A stretch of 64,000 bases of DNA from Mesotaenium endlicherianum (Eukaryota): contig WELA01001020.1 of the NCBI GenBank assembly GCA_009602735.1, positions 152,403 to 216,402 on the forward strand, given 5' to 3'. The notes under the pieces are model-generated. The model saw only the letters and a list, made by a program, of their open reading frames with translations, did not search any database and was not told the origin of the DNA. Numbering within the stretch: position 1 is the first letter of the stretch; each line of letters begins with the position of its first letter. Made by a program: the position numbers and the translations under genes. Shown piece by piece: positions 26,664 to 39,214 of this stretch.

Positions 26664-27424
26664 CTTCGACAGGCAAAGAAGCGCTTCCTCAAGGAGGTAA
26701 TAAGCAAATGATTCAGGTAACAATGAGGCTAGGAGTGCTACAGCTCGTCTGATCGTCTCAACTACCCTGAATTAGTACTGAGGGACTGGCGTTCCTGGGC
26801 GTTCCAAGCTGGGTGATATCGATGGAGAAATCCACAAGTTGGATAAATATGGTGAATATAAAGGAGTGGGGCGGCGTGTAAGGGGGACGTAGCTTTCTTC
26901 AGTCACCTTCTCACGCATGGGGTAAATTGAAGTGGCGGTCAGGTTCTACTCGAGATCCCAAACGTTTTGGACGGCGTCGAGCGCGTCGGAGTCGGGTGTC
27001 GAAGTGCTATCAAACGTGAGTGGCGCCTGTAACACATGGTCCACAAATGGTGCAGTGCTCAATCGTGCAAATATACTGCGCCTATGAGCGTAGGACTGGC
27101 TTCACACATGTGGCAAGCCAAAGGTCTTCAGGTTAGTCGATGGTCAACCTAAGGTCCTTCATAAACTTCAAAGATAATCTTCAATGCATTAACCCTCCTT
27201 GATTATCTTTCTCGCTGGCCATAAAACACTTCAGGACTCTGCAATTGACAATCCAACAAAAATCGATCAACGTTGAGATCTCATGTCGACCTTCGTGGAA
27301 AATCTGGTTAACCCACTCTTTGTCTTCCATAGTAATCCCACCTTGAATTGACTTGGATGGCTCAAACAACTAGTCCAAATCTTTAGGAATAAGTACTCTT
27401 CTAAGTAGCAAACAAATTTGAACT

Positions 27425-28487
27425 TGTCGTAACAGTGGCCGTCGGCGGACGCTAGGCATCGACACCCCTAATCTACACAAGTGCGGAAATAGCATGGACT
27501 TGCTAACCTAAGTACTGTGGGTAAAAAACCCCCCTATTAGGGGGAAAAGCCCACAGCTTATGAGCTGTAAATGAAAAAGAATACGAGAGGTCTGAACTGG
27601 GCACTACTGGGCAACTGAGCAGCTACAACGTACTAATTAGAGAGCGAAAAATGAGCTATGAAAACAAGCTAAGGCGGAGTAGTACTACCTAGAGTGTGAG
27701 TGCACAAACCCACTATGTCTAGCAAAATACTAGTGGAAAGCTATGTCATGGCCGCGAGAAAGAATGGGGTGTTTGCGACTAAATGTGAGGGGTGGTGAAC
27801 ACTACGAGCAACCTACACATAGAAGTGAGGAAAGCAAGAGTGGATAAGCACACACTACGAGCATTTAGTCACATAGAAACAAATATCATCTCACTCATAA
27901 AAACGAACATACAAAACTAACACCGAAATGGTGTTAGCTCGCGGACTAAGTAGCGTGCTCTCGAATGCTATGCCCAGTACCTACGAAAACTCACCAAACT
28001 CTAAACTCTACGATGAACGCGTCATCGCGTCATCTCACACAAATCCACAATAAAATAAATATGAAAAAGAAGAGAACCTAGTGGTGGACACACACACGTA
28101 CCACTCAATGACTATGGCCAAAAGGGAACCCGTCCCCAATGTCCCCTACTCTCTCTAACCCCTAGCAATCCTTGGGCATACCCATAGGGATTGCCTATGG
28201 TACAGTGATGATCTAGCCATGGACCATGGGGGATTCCCCTGGGTACCCGCGCCGACCCTGTGTGGAGGTAAAGAGAGTGCGCGTGATCTGGGAAGGGCCT
28301 CAAAGCGGCTCAAAAGCAGAACCTCGTGAGTAGATCCTGGGTCCCAGGGTTCACCACCAAGGCACATAGACTAGACCATCCTCACCTACCGCCCTAACCC
28401 GACTAACCACTAGAGCCTGCAAGTGACCCTCCACCCTTAAGGAACAACTAGACACCCAAAGAGGACTCGACAAGGACGGGCACGACA
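27425..28487. mobile_element. Solo LTR (family D), ~1063 bp
   Basis: Termini TGTCGT...ACGACA form an inverted repeat with TG..CA ends, flanked by the direct repeat AACT (27421-27424 / 28488-28491). No coding capacity. Confidence 0.7.
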
Positions 28488-29039
28488 AACTAGCTAACGA
28501 CTTATCTTACTTCCAAGGTCGTTAATATGCTCTAACAACCCTTTTCAACGACTCTCCATTTTTCCTTCAGTCTAGGTCGGCTCACTATATTGAATGTTAA
28601 CCAAATGAAATGACTAGGAACGTCACAGATTTGTTCATTGGTGCCTGTTGATTGACTTGGCACATAATGAAATTATTGGTTTGGCTCAACAAACATGAAA
28701 TAGACTCTTATGCAAAGATAAGTTTTCTAACAACTATTGAAATCAGGTTTGACGCGTCTTGGCATGTAGGTTAGACTGTCAGCTCACTCTGGTGAGGGAC
28801 AATGAGAAAGCCTTCATTTGACGACAAAAAGCATGCTTAAGGAAAACCTGAGTTGACATTTTAATCTCGCAAAATTCAGCTATATGAGAGAATTGGTGAA
28901 AACCTTACTTGATGGAGAGAAGTTATGTATAAGGGACATTAACAACTGAATTTTGCTCACTCAATAAAGATTCTTTCCTCAAATATATGTCATCAAAACT
29001 ATTTAGAAGCCTATAGTGTCAAGAAGCGATCTTTGCTCT

Positions 29040-29300
29040 TATACCGAATTCAATTTACTAATTCATATCCGTCGACTCCCTTATCGTAGTGTGCCATAGC
29101 TGCACACAAAGTCAGAGCACAAGGAAGAATGTACTCATTGCTCACTAAGCATACAAGCAAGTCTATGAGGCAGCTTGTTAGTTACGCTTAAGGCGGTCAA
29201 CAGGTTGTCAAACTAATGTGACAGCAAGCTGACTTAAATGGACTTCAGCCTGTCTCTCTTGGCTGAGTCATTATACAGAATATTAATAAAATTCAGCAGT
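29040..29300. mobile_element. Degenerate LTR fragment related to LTR families A and B
   Basis: cttatcgtagtgtgccatagctgcacac matches family A; cagcaagctgacttaaatggacttcagcctg...ggctgagtcatta matches family B. Confidence 0.65.
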
Positions 29301-29714
29301 CCGCGCCTTTTTCTCCTCCTCCTCCTTGCGCACCCTCTCCACCCGGACAACCCCTGCCTTCTTCTCCTCCGCGGCCTTGCGCTCCTTCTCCACATGGTTT
29401 TAAAGAGCTGCTAGAAGTAATGGTATCTCAAAAGGTATTATTTTGTTAGCTGCTCTTGAAAACGCTAAGATTGCACAGAAGCGGGACACTCATCATTATG
29501 CCAAGACAAGAGATGGGGCTACCGCCCGCAAAAGACGCAGATCCAAGAAGAAGTCTTTGTCTAACAAAAGCGGCAGCCTAAGATCACCATTTGCACCAGC
29601 TCAAGTGCGGTGATCTTACGCGTTAAATATGCATTTGGCAATGGTGTGCTAGAACTGGAATTACCATCTTGCCCCAATGCTTGGCTTGTAGGTCGTTCCT
29701 TGGTAGTTCCTTGG

Positions 29715-30120
29715 GAACCGTGCAACCTTCCATCTCGCGAGAATGGTTGGCGGGGGACTTCTGCAAAGACCCACTTAATCCCATAGTCTACGATGTGGTA
29801 TGGCTTAATGTCATTGATATCTTCATCCCATATGCGGACAACCTCGCTTTCTCTACAAGAACCAAGTTTCAAAATTGAAAATCTTGTCCGTTTCCTTCAT
29901 GATAACCTTAAAGGCCATGAAGGCGTTGTTCATTATTGTCCATATACATGACTTTTCTTACATGGAACTTTTGTTGGATTAATGCCACTGTTCGAGTGCA
30001 CAGTCTAACGCACAGTCCAACGAACAACTCCATACGTATAGTCCCTACTCGTGGTAAATTTGGGAACATTTGTCGTATGAGTGTCCGTACCAAAGGTAAA
30101 ATCTCATGCAGCATGTCCAA
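29715..30120 (-). pseudogene. Highly degraded C5 DNA methyltransferase relic (paralog of 34880-35860)
   Basis: ELFVGL...VALIQQKFHVRKVMYMDNN aligns with KLFAGLGSGTIALIQ*GIQVAKVLYVDND. DINDIKP..WVFAEVPRQPFSRDG aligns with NIIDVKP..WIFAGFPCQPFSQAG. Confidence 0.75.
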
Positions 30121-31269
30121 CGTCGAATCGACTGTTTAAAACACTACTAAAAAAATTTCTGGTTCAGAATCCAAGTTATGCGTCGTCTCCAATTGTCCAA
30201 TTCCTCTCTAAGTGAGGATCAGAGGCTCTGGCATGTTAATGCTGGTGTAATCCCCATGCTCATACTAAAGTGTGTTAACACACGGTAGTCCAACGGATGT
30301 ATGTTTTTGGCCCAACAATTGTTGTTTAGATTATATTTGTGGCTTAATGAGAAAGTAGACCATATATCCTGAAAGGTTATGTCTCCCTTTTCGTAACCCT
30401 ACTTGTTTGTTTTGAAAGGTATGATAGGAAAGTTTGAAAAAAAATTGTACAAAAAAACATGGACAAAAGTGCTAAGTTTGAGTGACCATCAATTCCTCCA
30501 GAGTCCACACTTTAATCCACATATTGTTATTTTTTCTAGACATGCTCGTATACATGCAGGGTTACACCATACATTAATACGCTAAATACGCTTAATAAGC
30601 TAATGTGCTAAATTCATTATGTGAAAAACTTGGCTCAAAACGCTTAACACGCTTAATTTGTGCTAATGTCAACGTCACGATGTTAAATTTGAACGTCGAC
30701 GGCAAGTCTTGACGGTCGTACGTGTGAAAGTACAATTGAACTTATTTTGGAGTAAGCTGCGCAGCAATATAACTTTTTCAACAGGCAAAAACAAAATCAA
30801 AGACCAAGAGTTTTATAATTATTTTTTTTGACACACTCGACAAGCAATTGCTGGAAGCGAGATGTGAACGACGATGACAATTACGAGAGTAACTATCCAC
30901 GATGTGCATTAGAGATGAAGTAAGTTTTCATTTATGAATGAATGTATATTACATTTCATGGTTGGTTAAGAACATTATGAATTATTTCATCATTTATTTG
31001 TGCTCTTTCTGTGTGTGCAGCATTAGTTTCCTCGTGTACTGTACACTGGTTGTAATATATTTATTCACTTGTCTTGCTTTATGGCGGTGTGCATATGACA
31101 AAATTTGTAATGCTATTATTTGTGAGATGTGAACGCTCAAAATCCTTTGTCAAGTATTGAATCACTATTGAACCTTGACCACGCCATAAGCTTGCACTAT
31201 GTAACGTATAGTGCAAGTATCTAAGTTTCGTCTTCTCGAGCTCCTGTTCTGTCGTCTGGGGATGGGTCC

Positions 31270-31465
31270 GGGTTCCTGCTGAGTCCAGTTTGAGTGAGTA
31301 TTGCGTCGATTCCCACACAACTCCAGTCAATGTGTAGATTAAACGGCTTGGAGTAGTCAGGCGTTCGCAAGATTGGGGCCGTTACCAGCCGCTCCTTGAG
31401 CTCGTTCATGGCATTCTCCTGGACTTCCGTTCACACAAAAGGTACAACCTTTTTCCTCAACACAG
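31270..31465 (-). pseudogene. Ty3/Gypsy RT-connection/RNase H N-terminal fragment
   Basis: PFV*TEVQENAMNELKERLVTAPILRTPDYSKPFNLHIDWSCVGIDAILTQ. Confidence 0.8.
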
Positions 31466-32403
31466 GCATTCAGTAGTTGCTACTCTTTGGGTTCAGGTGG
31501 GAGCTTTCCGCCCTCATCCCGACCTTCAGGCTTTTCTGCCTGATTGTTAGGCGGTGGAGTGGCAGGCTTTGCAGCTTGCTCCTCCGTTGACATTAGGCTC
31601 GGCGGCCTGCTTCTTAGGCTTTTTCCCTTTTCCGATGGATCGTCGCCTCTCCTGTTGAGTGGCGTATGTCGGACGCCTCCGGGTGGGCTGCCTCAAGAAC
31701 CTTTTATTATCGGCTGCAGTCCAACTGGTCCCCGTTCCTCCCTCTTCACGTGGTGGGGACGGGTTCGGCAAAGGCCACCCTGTTGGATCTGCTCTGGGGT
31801 CGATTGGCCAACCTCACTCGCGCTCAATGGTAGCAATGCGCGCAACGATTGTGCCAAACTCCTCCCTGGCTGGTGGCGTAACCGTCCATGCTTGTGTCAA
31901 CGTCTGCGATCTTTCAGCCGCAGCTAGTTGTGCACACATAGCATTTTTTGCTGTCAAGCGGCTTATGGTACTTCTCAGCTCTACCAGTTCCCTTTCAGAA
32001 ACTGCAGGTGTCCTAGGAGCTGAACTATCCTTCTCCCACGTTCCAGTGGATGAAGGTCGCACCATGGGAATGTGAACTCCCAATGCCATAGCTTTGCAAA
32101 CCAAGCCATTCTCTCCCTCTCTCTGCAAAATCTCCAAAATAGGTTGCGGAGGACGAGCCGGTTCCCTTCGGTGTCCCTTCTCTCTGAGCTGCTCCCCTAT
32201 ACTTGAGATAACGCATCAGCATCCGCCTGAAAGGTGCATTCCCTTCCCGGGCCACCTTTCTTGGTCTGCTTGCGCGACCGTGAGGATTACCTTGTGTTGG
32301 TTCCACCTTAGCGGTGCAGGCAGCCACTTTCTGCGGCTGTTGTAGCTAATGTGGGGTAGCTCTTGGTGTTGGAAAACTGGCGGTTGGAAAACTGCATGTA
32401 GGC

Positions 32404-33627
32404 TGAAATGAATCTTGCTTATTCAAGATTAATATATTTCATTTAAATATATAAGATCAGAGATAGGTGGAAGCGTGTAAAATCAGGGAGCGATCTTCGT
32501 CCTTAATATGAATTCCGTTTACTCATCTATAACCCTTGACTCACTTACCGTAGTGTGCCATAGTTGCACACTAATACAAGGCACAAGAAAGAGGCGAGCT
32601 TGAGGACTAGAGCTTCTCCTTTAGAAACTCATGGCCTCTTGCCTACCAGGCATACAAGCATGTATAAGCACATACACAACATCAGGGGTCTAAACAGCAA
32701 AGACGCTCTCATTCAGATGACCATAAAGTAGCTAAAACACATCCCACTGACTTAGGTGCAAAACCATGGAATCTGTCCGCTGTGTGACCCCGAAATGTCA
32801 AAGGGCATAACTCTGTCAATACTACTCCAAATTGCGCAAACTTAACGGCAACGGATGCATCTTGACAAGACCTTTCCGAAAAGTTCTAGTTTGCTCCATT
32901 AGGAGCGCAAACAAAGCAGCCATGTCAATTTCTGTGAAGGCTGGTCATTAGAACGAACCCAAAAAGTGCACACATCACTTGCAAGTAGAAATCCGACTGT
33001 AAAGCCTACTGTCCAGAATGAGGGACCACGAGATCCCAGCCTGCTATGTACCTAGTGACCACCTGGTTGACCACGGCGCAAGGTGCGCCGTTTCGTGGGA
33101 AACCCGTTCAGTTGGGACCCACGGATCTAGGTATAACGACCATATTAATTGGTCGGTTGACTGAAGTCCTAACTGTTCAGTTGACTGACGACGGCTCCGC
33201 CTACCCAGGAGTTAACCACACTGGTAGGACATCGGTTTACCGAATCTCAGTCGACCTCTTGACTTTTAGTATACTACGGTCACATGTGCCAATCTACAAA
33301 TAACAATCTAAATGAATATGTCTATCCTTAGCGTACTGAAGCTAAGTATATTGACTAATATCAAGCGAGCTTACTATATGTCAACCTACNATATGTCAAC
33401 CTACTGATATTCTATCCTATATATAATTGATATATAAATCTTAGCAAACTACACTATGGTACAAAAGTCATCTTGCTGACCTTTTTGACAAAGTAAGTAA
33501 ACTCGCATTACATCGACATACATTCATTTAGATGAACTCGCACATGTGAGTATATAGACCTAGTACTTATTTAGTGTTATATTTATATGTGCAATAAATT
33601 AAATAAGTAATGAACTGATTCATTACA
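32404..33627 (-). mobile_element. Solo LTR, family A, copy 1
   Basis: TGAAATGAATC...GATTCATTACA; 5-bp TSD TAGGC (32399-32403 / 33628-33632). Orientation assigned by analogy to family B. Confidence 0.92.
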
Positions 33628-34879
33628 TAGGCGATCTAAGACTACTGCATAGAACCGCCGAGCTGGGCCCCTCCATTATCAAGTGGTTGGCCACCTAGTC
33701 ATCCGTCCTGAGCTCTTGTAGCTCCAACAGGTCCAGCTCTGGGGTAGGGAAACGTGGAATTTCTTCCCGAATCTCCTCTTCATTGGTGACTGACGGCAGG
33801 TCAAACCCTGGAAGGTCTGGCATCTCTGCCTCATCTTCAACTGACTTCTCCACTGCAGGTGGTGGTGGCTCTCCATCATTATCTGTGTTGAGCTTCGCCA
33901 GGTTGACGATGGCTGATTGCAGAGTGCTTGCCGTCTTAGCCACTTCCTCTTCCTTGTGCCGTCGAGTGTCTGCTTCCAGCAGCTGCTCCATGATCTGCCT
34001 TGCAATGGATTCAATTGTCTGACTGGCTGAACCCGGCTGTGGCCCCTTAGCCTGTGACTCTGGGCTCATCAAAGAAGGTGTTGTGGACAGTTGCTTGCCC
34101 AACTCCTCCTTGCGTTCTTTGAATATCACTTCGAGACGTATGGTCTTTGCAGACCCTCCAGAATCTCCTAAAGTTTGGCTACACAATTTGGCCCATTCAC
34201 CAATATTGCACTGGCGTTCTTGCACTGATTCTTGGTTTAGATTTTGTTCAAAGTCTTCAGACGTTGGCTCAGGGGTCTTCTCCTCAGACTCCTCTGACAT
34301 ATTTTGGAACGGTGCTTGCTCTGGTGAAGACGATAGATACCTTTGGTTAGCTTACCAACTACTTGAGCTTTGTTGCCAGTAGTTCTCGCGCCCAGCTGCT
34401 CTTGGGTTGAGGTTGGTATTATACCCTAATCTGGCATCTTTTGAAGTCTCCTCGCGCCTTGATGTCGTGGCTCCGGGAGATGGACTCCCAAATATCTGAC
34501 TGCGAGTGGCGTTTCTCAGGGATGATGAGGTGTCCTGCGTATCGTCTTCTACGCTTGGCAACGGCGTCATCTGCTCAGGCGCCTGGTCCCTCATGGGGGT
34601 ATCCTCTCTTTCCAGAGGTGCTTGTAATTCAGCGATCCGGTTATCAATCCGGTCCAACAGATCCTGGCATCTCATCAGTTCAGCTAAATCAGCTCCCCTG
34701 AATGCTCTGTCTCTGGCAGCTGCCGCTGTGTCTCTTTGCACACCGTATTCTTCTTGTTGCTGATGTGCGGTCTTGATAGCCCTCTGATCAGATGTTGGCA
34801 CCACATTGACCCCGATTGTCACTCGTCTTGGCCTCGGCATAGGCTTGTCGGTGAAGGTCAATTGCTGCCACGTGATGAT

Positions 34880-35860
34880 TGTCTCCACCAGCCAAGTCAT
34901 AGAGTGCTGTCCAATCATGTTGCCAAAAATCTTCGCAGCTTCATCTGACCCTATAGCACCGACTATCTGCCGAGCTATGGTGTCAAGTATTCCAAGGCAG
35001 TTTCCCTTCTCCACAGCAGTAGGCTCTCTCCAAACGGCGTCTCTTTCATGCATGTCTTTGACCATTCGTGGTCCACCTCCTATGAAGGCTCGAGATCCTG
35101 GATACACTGTGAAAGTAGGCAGTACCGCCCTTGGCTGACGTGGTTCGCTGATGACGCACTGTGGATAGGAATCCCTCCTGGTCACTGGCTCGGTACGTAC
35201 CCCCAGCGCCTTTCTCACTGTCAATGCCGTCGGTGATCACCGTGTAAGGTCCTCCATCTCTTTCAGGATCTCAATAGACATGCCGTTGGTCCAAAATAAT
35301 CTGGCCCTATGGGATAATCCTCCGTGCTTGGCGTCGTTGATTAGCACATGATGTCCCAATGTGGAGTCAAAAATCAGCCATGGCTCTCCCAGCTTCATCT
35401 GCTTGTAATCCATTCCTGGATGCACGTTCTCAATCACAAACACTGGTGGGTGATAGTGCTAACGTTCCCGCAGCATGCTGATGATTTTCACCATCCATCC
35501 CCAGTGTTGTGCTCGTGGATCACTGAATCCCCTCCGATCCCCAGCTTGAGAAAACGGTTGACAAGGAAATCCAGCAAAAATCCAGCCAATCTTGTAGCCA
35601 TACAGGTCTTCAGGCTTCACATCAATAATGTTGCCTGCGGCGATGCGCTCAACATTTGAGTATGGAGCACCAACCCTTGGAAGTGATGCATTTGTCGCAT
35701 CTGACTTATGACTTTTCTGAATGCTTGGAAAGCGTGGTCATCATTGTCCACATATAGGACTTTGGCCACTTGTATCCCTCACTGGATCAATGCTATGGTC
35801 CCAGACCCAAGTCCGGCGAACAATTTCAACACCACCACTCCCCTTTTACGAAAAGGATCT
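34880..35860 (-). pseudogene. C5 cytosine DNA methyltransferase domain within the retroelement pol region
   Basis: Motifs in canonical order: I LFAGLGSG, II YVDND, IV FAGFPCQPFSQAG (~35540-35580), VI VIENV, VIII SHRARLFW, IX REPTAVEK, X KIFGNMI. Two stops (35779-35781, 35459-35461) and about two frameshifts. Confidence 0.9.
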
Positions 35861-36171
35861 TCCATTCTGACAATGCCTTGCGGCAGCGGCTCGACTCCCG
35901 GCATCAGGTTTGCAGCAGAGGTAATTGGATAAGGTACTGGCAGCAGCTCTTGCGGGTCGCGGTCCCTGTTACTCACGGTTTCCAGTTGCTCCATAATCCG
36001 AGGTTGCCATACCAAAGGTGTTGGCATGTTGATGCTCGTATAGATTTCCTCTTCCTGTTTCATGATGTTGTCGCAGGCTTCTAGGTACTTGTTGTTAACG
36101 CAGCAGTCTAGCAGCCCGTAATTTGCTACTCCTGTGCAAACCATGTCCACAGGAATTTCTCCTGCCGGCTG

Positions 36172-36560
36172 CTAATCTGTTGACTGGTAAGTCACCCTCT
36201 GCTTCCGCAGATCAATGACCATACCCAAGGGAATCAGTGCTTTTGTCCCCAAGAGAACATCAAAGTTCTCTGCCAACGTCACTGTGCACTCCATGAGTAG
36301 TGACGCCTCTTCAGGTTTTCCTGAATATACTATGATTTTCACAGGCTTGTGAGTAATCCCACAAGACTTGGTAACTTGCCCTAAGGCAGTTCTCAACTGG
36401 AAAGGACTCTTTCAGGTCCCTTGCTGTCAATCCTAAAGCATTTACAGCTCGCTTTCCCAGGATGACTGGCTGTGCGCCCGTATCCAACAGACCGTTAGGA
36501 GCTGCCCAGTTGTTGAATAGTATTGTACTATCCCTATTCTGCACTCTCACAATGCTGAAA
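36172..36560 (-). pseudogene. Retroviral-type aspartic protease
   Basis: GLLDTGAQPVILGKRAVNALGL...FDVLLGTKAL, split by one frameshift. Confidence 0.8.
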
Positions 36561-37012
36561 TTGGTAGGCAATGAGGCGCTGCTTGCACCCTCCTCAGCTA
36601 TATCCAGCTGATGTCTCGCTTCTTCAACCGTAAATGGGTAGGTGATATGCAAATCAGCGAGAGAAAGCAAAGGAGCATGCTGGATCCGATGTTCCACCAG
36701 GGCCTTCAGCTTCTCCAGCGAAAAACTAAATGTCTTACGCGTCCTAGGCCTCGCTTGTCGCAGCTGCGAGATCTCATTTTCATCCAGAGTGATCCAAAAA
36801 GTCTGAGGAAGCTTCCCAGCATTCCTTGGTACCAAACGGTCGTGATCTGCTCGCTCGGCAGCCGTTGCACCCACAGCCTTCTCAGGCGTCAGCTTCCCGC
36901 CTTTGCAGACGGTCTTTTCTGCAACATCTGCATCATAGTAGACATTAGGCGCATTTAGTTTTGCAACTTGAGCTTTCAACTCAACGATTTCCGCACTCAT
37001 AGCGTCATACTT

Positions 37013-38625
37013 CTAGTTACCCTTGCGATTACCAGAGCTACCCTTTTCTTTCTTTTTCTCCTTGTCTGCCTCTTTTGTGGCAGCATTTGCCCATGGCGGC
37101 TTCAAATTTGGGTTCTTAGACCAGCACTCATCTTCTGAGTGTCCCTTCTTGCTGCAATGTGCACATATCTGCGCCTTGCTAGCAGATACTTGCTTAGCAT
37201 CCGAGTACGGACAATCTCTTTTCTGATGTCCTGATTTCTCGCAATTCCAACAGCCCTCTGCTATTTCAGCAGTGTTGGCGTGCTTAGCAAACTTATTGAA
37301 AGACCCGCTCTTTTTCTTAAATTGAAAATTAGAGCTGTTGGCCTTAGGTGGAGAAAATTCCTCCCTCCTCTCAGAAGCCATAAGCGTCCTGGAAGCCTCC
37401 TTGTACCACAATTAACCTTCTTTGACATTGCGTGCTATTTCAACCGCCTCGTCAATGTCCCAGTCTATCCCGTGCTTCGCGAACAGGTGTGGCCTGACTT
37501 CACAATCTGTTTCCTTGCCCAAGCATAACAGAAATTTGTCAGCCACTGGGCTCGTAGATTTTTGCCTTTTTGGCGAGGTCTACCAATCTGGATTTAACCT
37601 CCATGACTGTCTCGTTCTTTTGACGGACAAAATGCACATAACGGTGCACCTCAAGAATGCGATCCTCTGGGAATCGTGCTTCAAGCAACTTAAAGAAACG
37701 ACGCAGGCAATGCTCGGAGTCCAGCTGGTCATCCCCAGCCTCCATATCCTTACGACAGCTTGCGAGGGCTTGTGCATGGCTTGCCTCTGTCGTGGCGCTA
37801 TTGCATTGCTGACCATTAAAAGGTGCAGCTCTGTGCGTTACTCGTTCCTGAGCATTAGCAATCTTTTCAGACATATCTGCACACACCTTTCGCAACTCCG
37901 CGACAGAGCCGGCATCATCATTCTGAGTAGCAGCTCTTTGCTGGCCCTCAATGAGTTGCCTCATGGCCTCTGTTAATTCTTGTGGTAGTGCAGCTAAGTC
38001 TATGCTCTCAACAGGTGCAGTTGGCACTGCTCTTCCTGAAGATAAAGCAGACATTCGAGCTTTCGCAGCCTCATTCTGGATTTTCAAATCCCTAGCCCTT
38101 TTCTGCTCTCCAAATGCCCATTCCTGGGTGAGATCCTCATCCTTCCGGAATTGACGATATAGCAACAGGGGATCCTTATCCAAGTATTGAACCAAGCCTA
38201 TAAATGCGACAGATTGCGTATAAAAAGAATACGTCCGAATCTTCTCAAAACTTCTACCCAATAGATCTCATCAAACTCTTCGAAAGTGACACCGTTTCCA
38301 CTGGTTCGTCCGCTAAAACACTTTGCAGACAGCTTGAACTTAGGATTTTCATCCGGATCATCACCAGCCATTTCGAATGGTGACTTGAACTCACTGACCT
38401 TACCCCACACGTCTTGCTCTCTACCCAAATCAGGTACAAAGGCTCGTGTGTTATCCGGGTTCTCACCGCTTGCGGAGATATGGCAAGACTCGTCTCTTGA
38501 CGATTGCTCACTCCACCGATTGTCAGTATGCTCAGACGTCTCACTTCCTCGTGGACTCTGGCTAGAATCAAAACCTTCCGCAGGCTCCACAGGGTGGTAT
38601 AGTCTTCCACTCCTCAACCGCATAT
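37013..38625 (-). pseudogene. gag-like gene with two CCHC zinc knuckles
   Basis: Starts MRLRSGRLYHP; knuckles CWNCEKSGHQKRDC and CAHCSKKGHSEDEC; internal stops and frameshifts. Confidence 0.8.
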
Positions 38626-39214
38626 ACAGCTGAATTTCTCCGGGTCCCCTTCCAGGTTGAACACGGGCAGCCTTCACAGGCCTCAATCCCCAACTGGCTT
38701 GGAAATTCTTGATAAATCACGTCTAAGCAGCTTAACAGGCAATGCCGGATCCAGAGAAAATCGCCCTTCAAGGCTTAACTTTCACAAGTTACTGCTTACA
38801 AAATTCTGATACTGCGCATCTATACTGGCCTGGTCTGAGCTCTTCCCACAACACCGCGCCTAAACAGTTCTTTACTGCTTGGCTGGGCTCACTTAGTTCT
38901 TCACTGAGAGCTTTACTTGTTAATACTACTCTTGCTATCAGCAATTTGACAATCGAGACTTCTGAGAACTTGGAAACTAACACAGTACTCACCATTTTAA
39001 GTGGCTTTCGCACGCTTGTGGTGTTCGACTCGAATATGTGCTAATGTCCTAACAAATTCTATTTTGCAGTTCTCTACCTAATTTACCAGCAAGATCCCCT
39101 CTTCGGAACTCCTGAGGTCTAACCTTTTTATGATACACTTGAGAAGAAATCTTCTAGCGTCGGCAGAAGCGTGGCGTCTCGGCTCTTATGTGGCCTTGGA
39201 AACTCCTTCTTCTT

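Noticed and set aside
27181..27369. Possible reverse-transcriptase remnant
   Set aside because: Similarity is too weak to support by eye.
33046..33303. Repeated small ORFs inside LTRs (MYLVTTW..., MRINGFS..., MHLDKTF...) sharing AYPGVNHxGRTS
   Set aside because: They recur because the LTRs recur. The shared peptide reflects a nucleotide-level conserved stem-loop, and some copies are broken.
33376..33404. Short tandem duplication around a single n in LTR A1
   Set aside because: Typical contig-join artefact; absent from the other copies.
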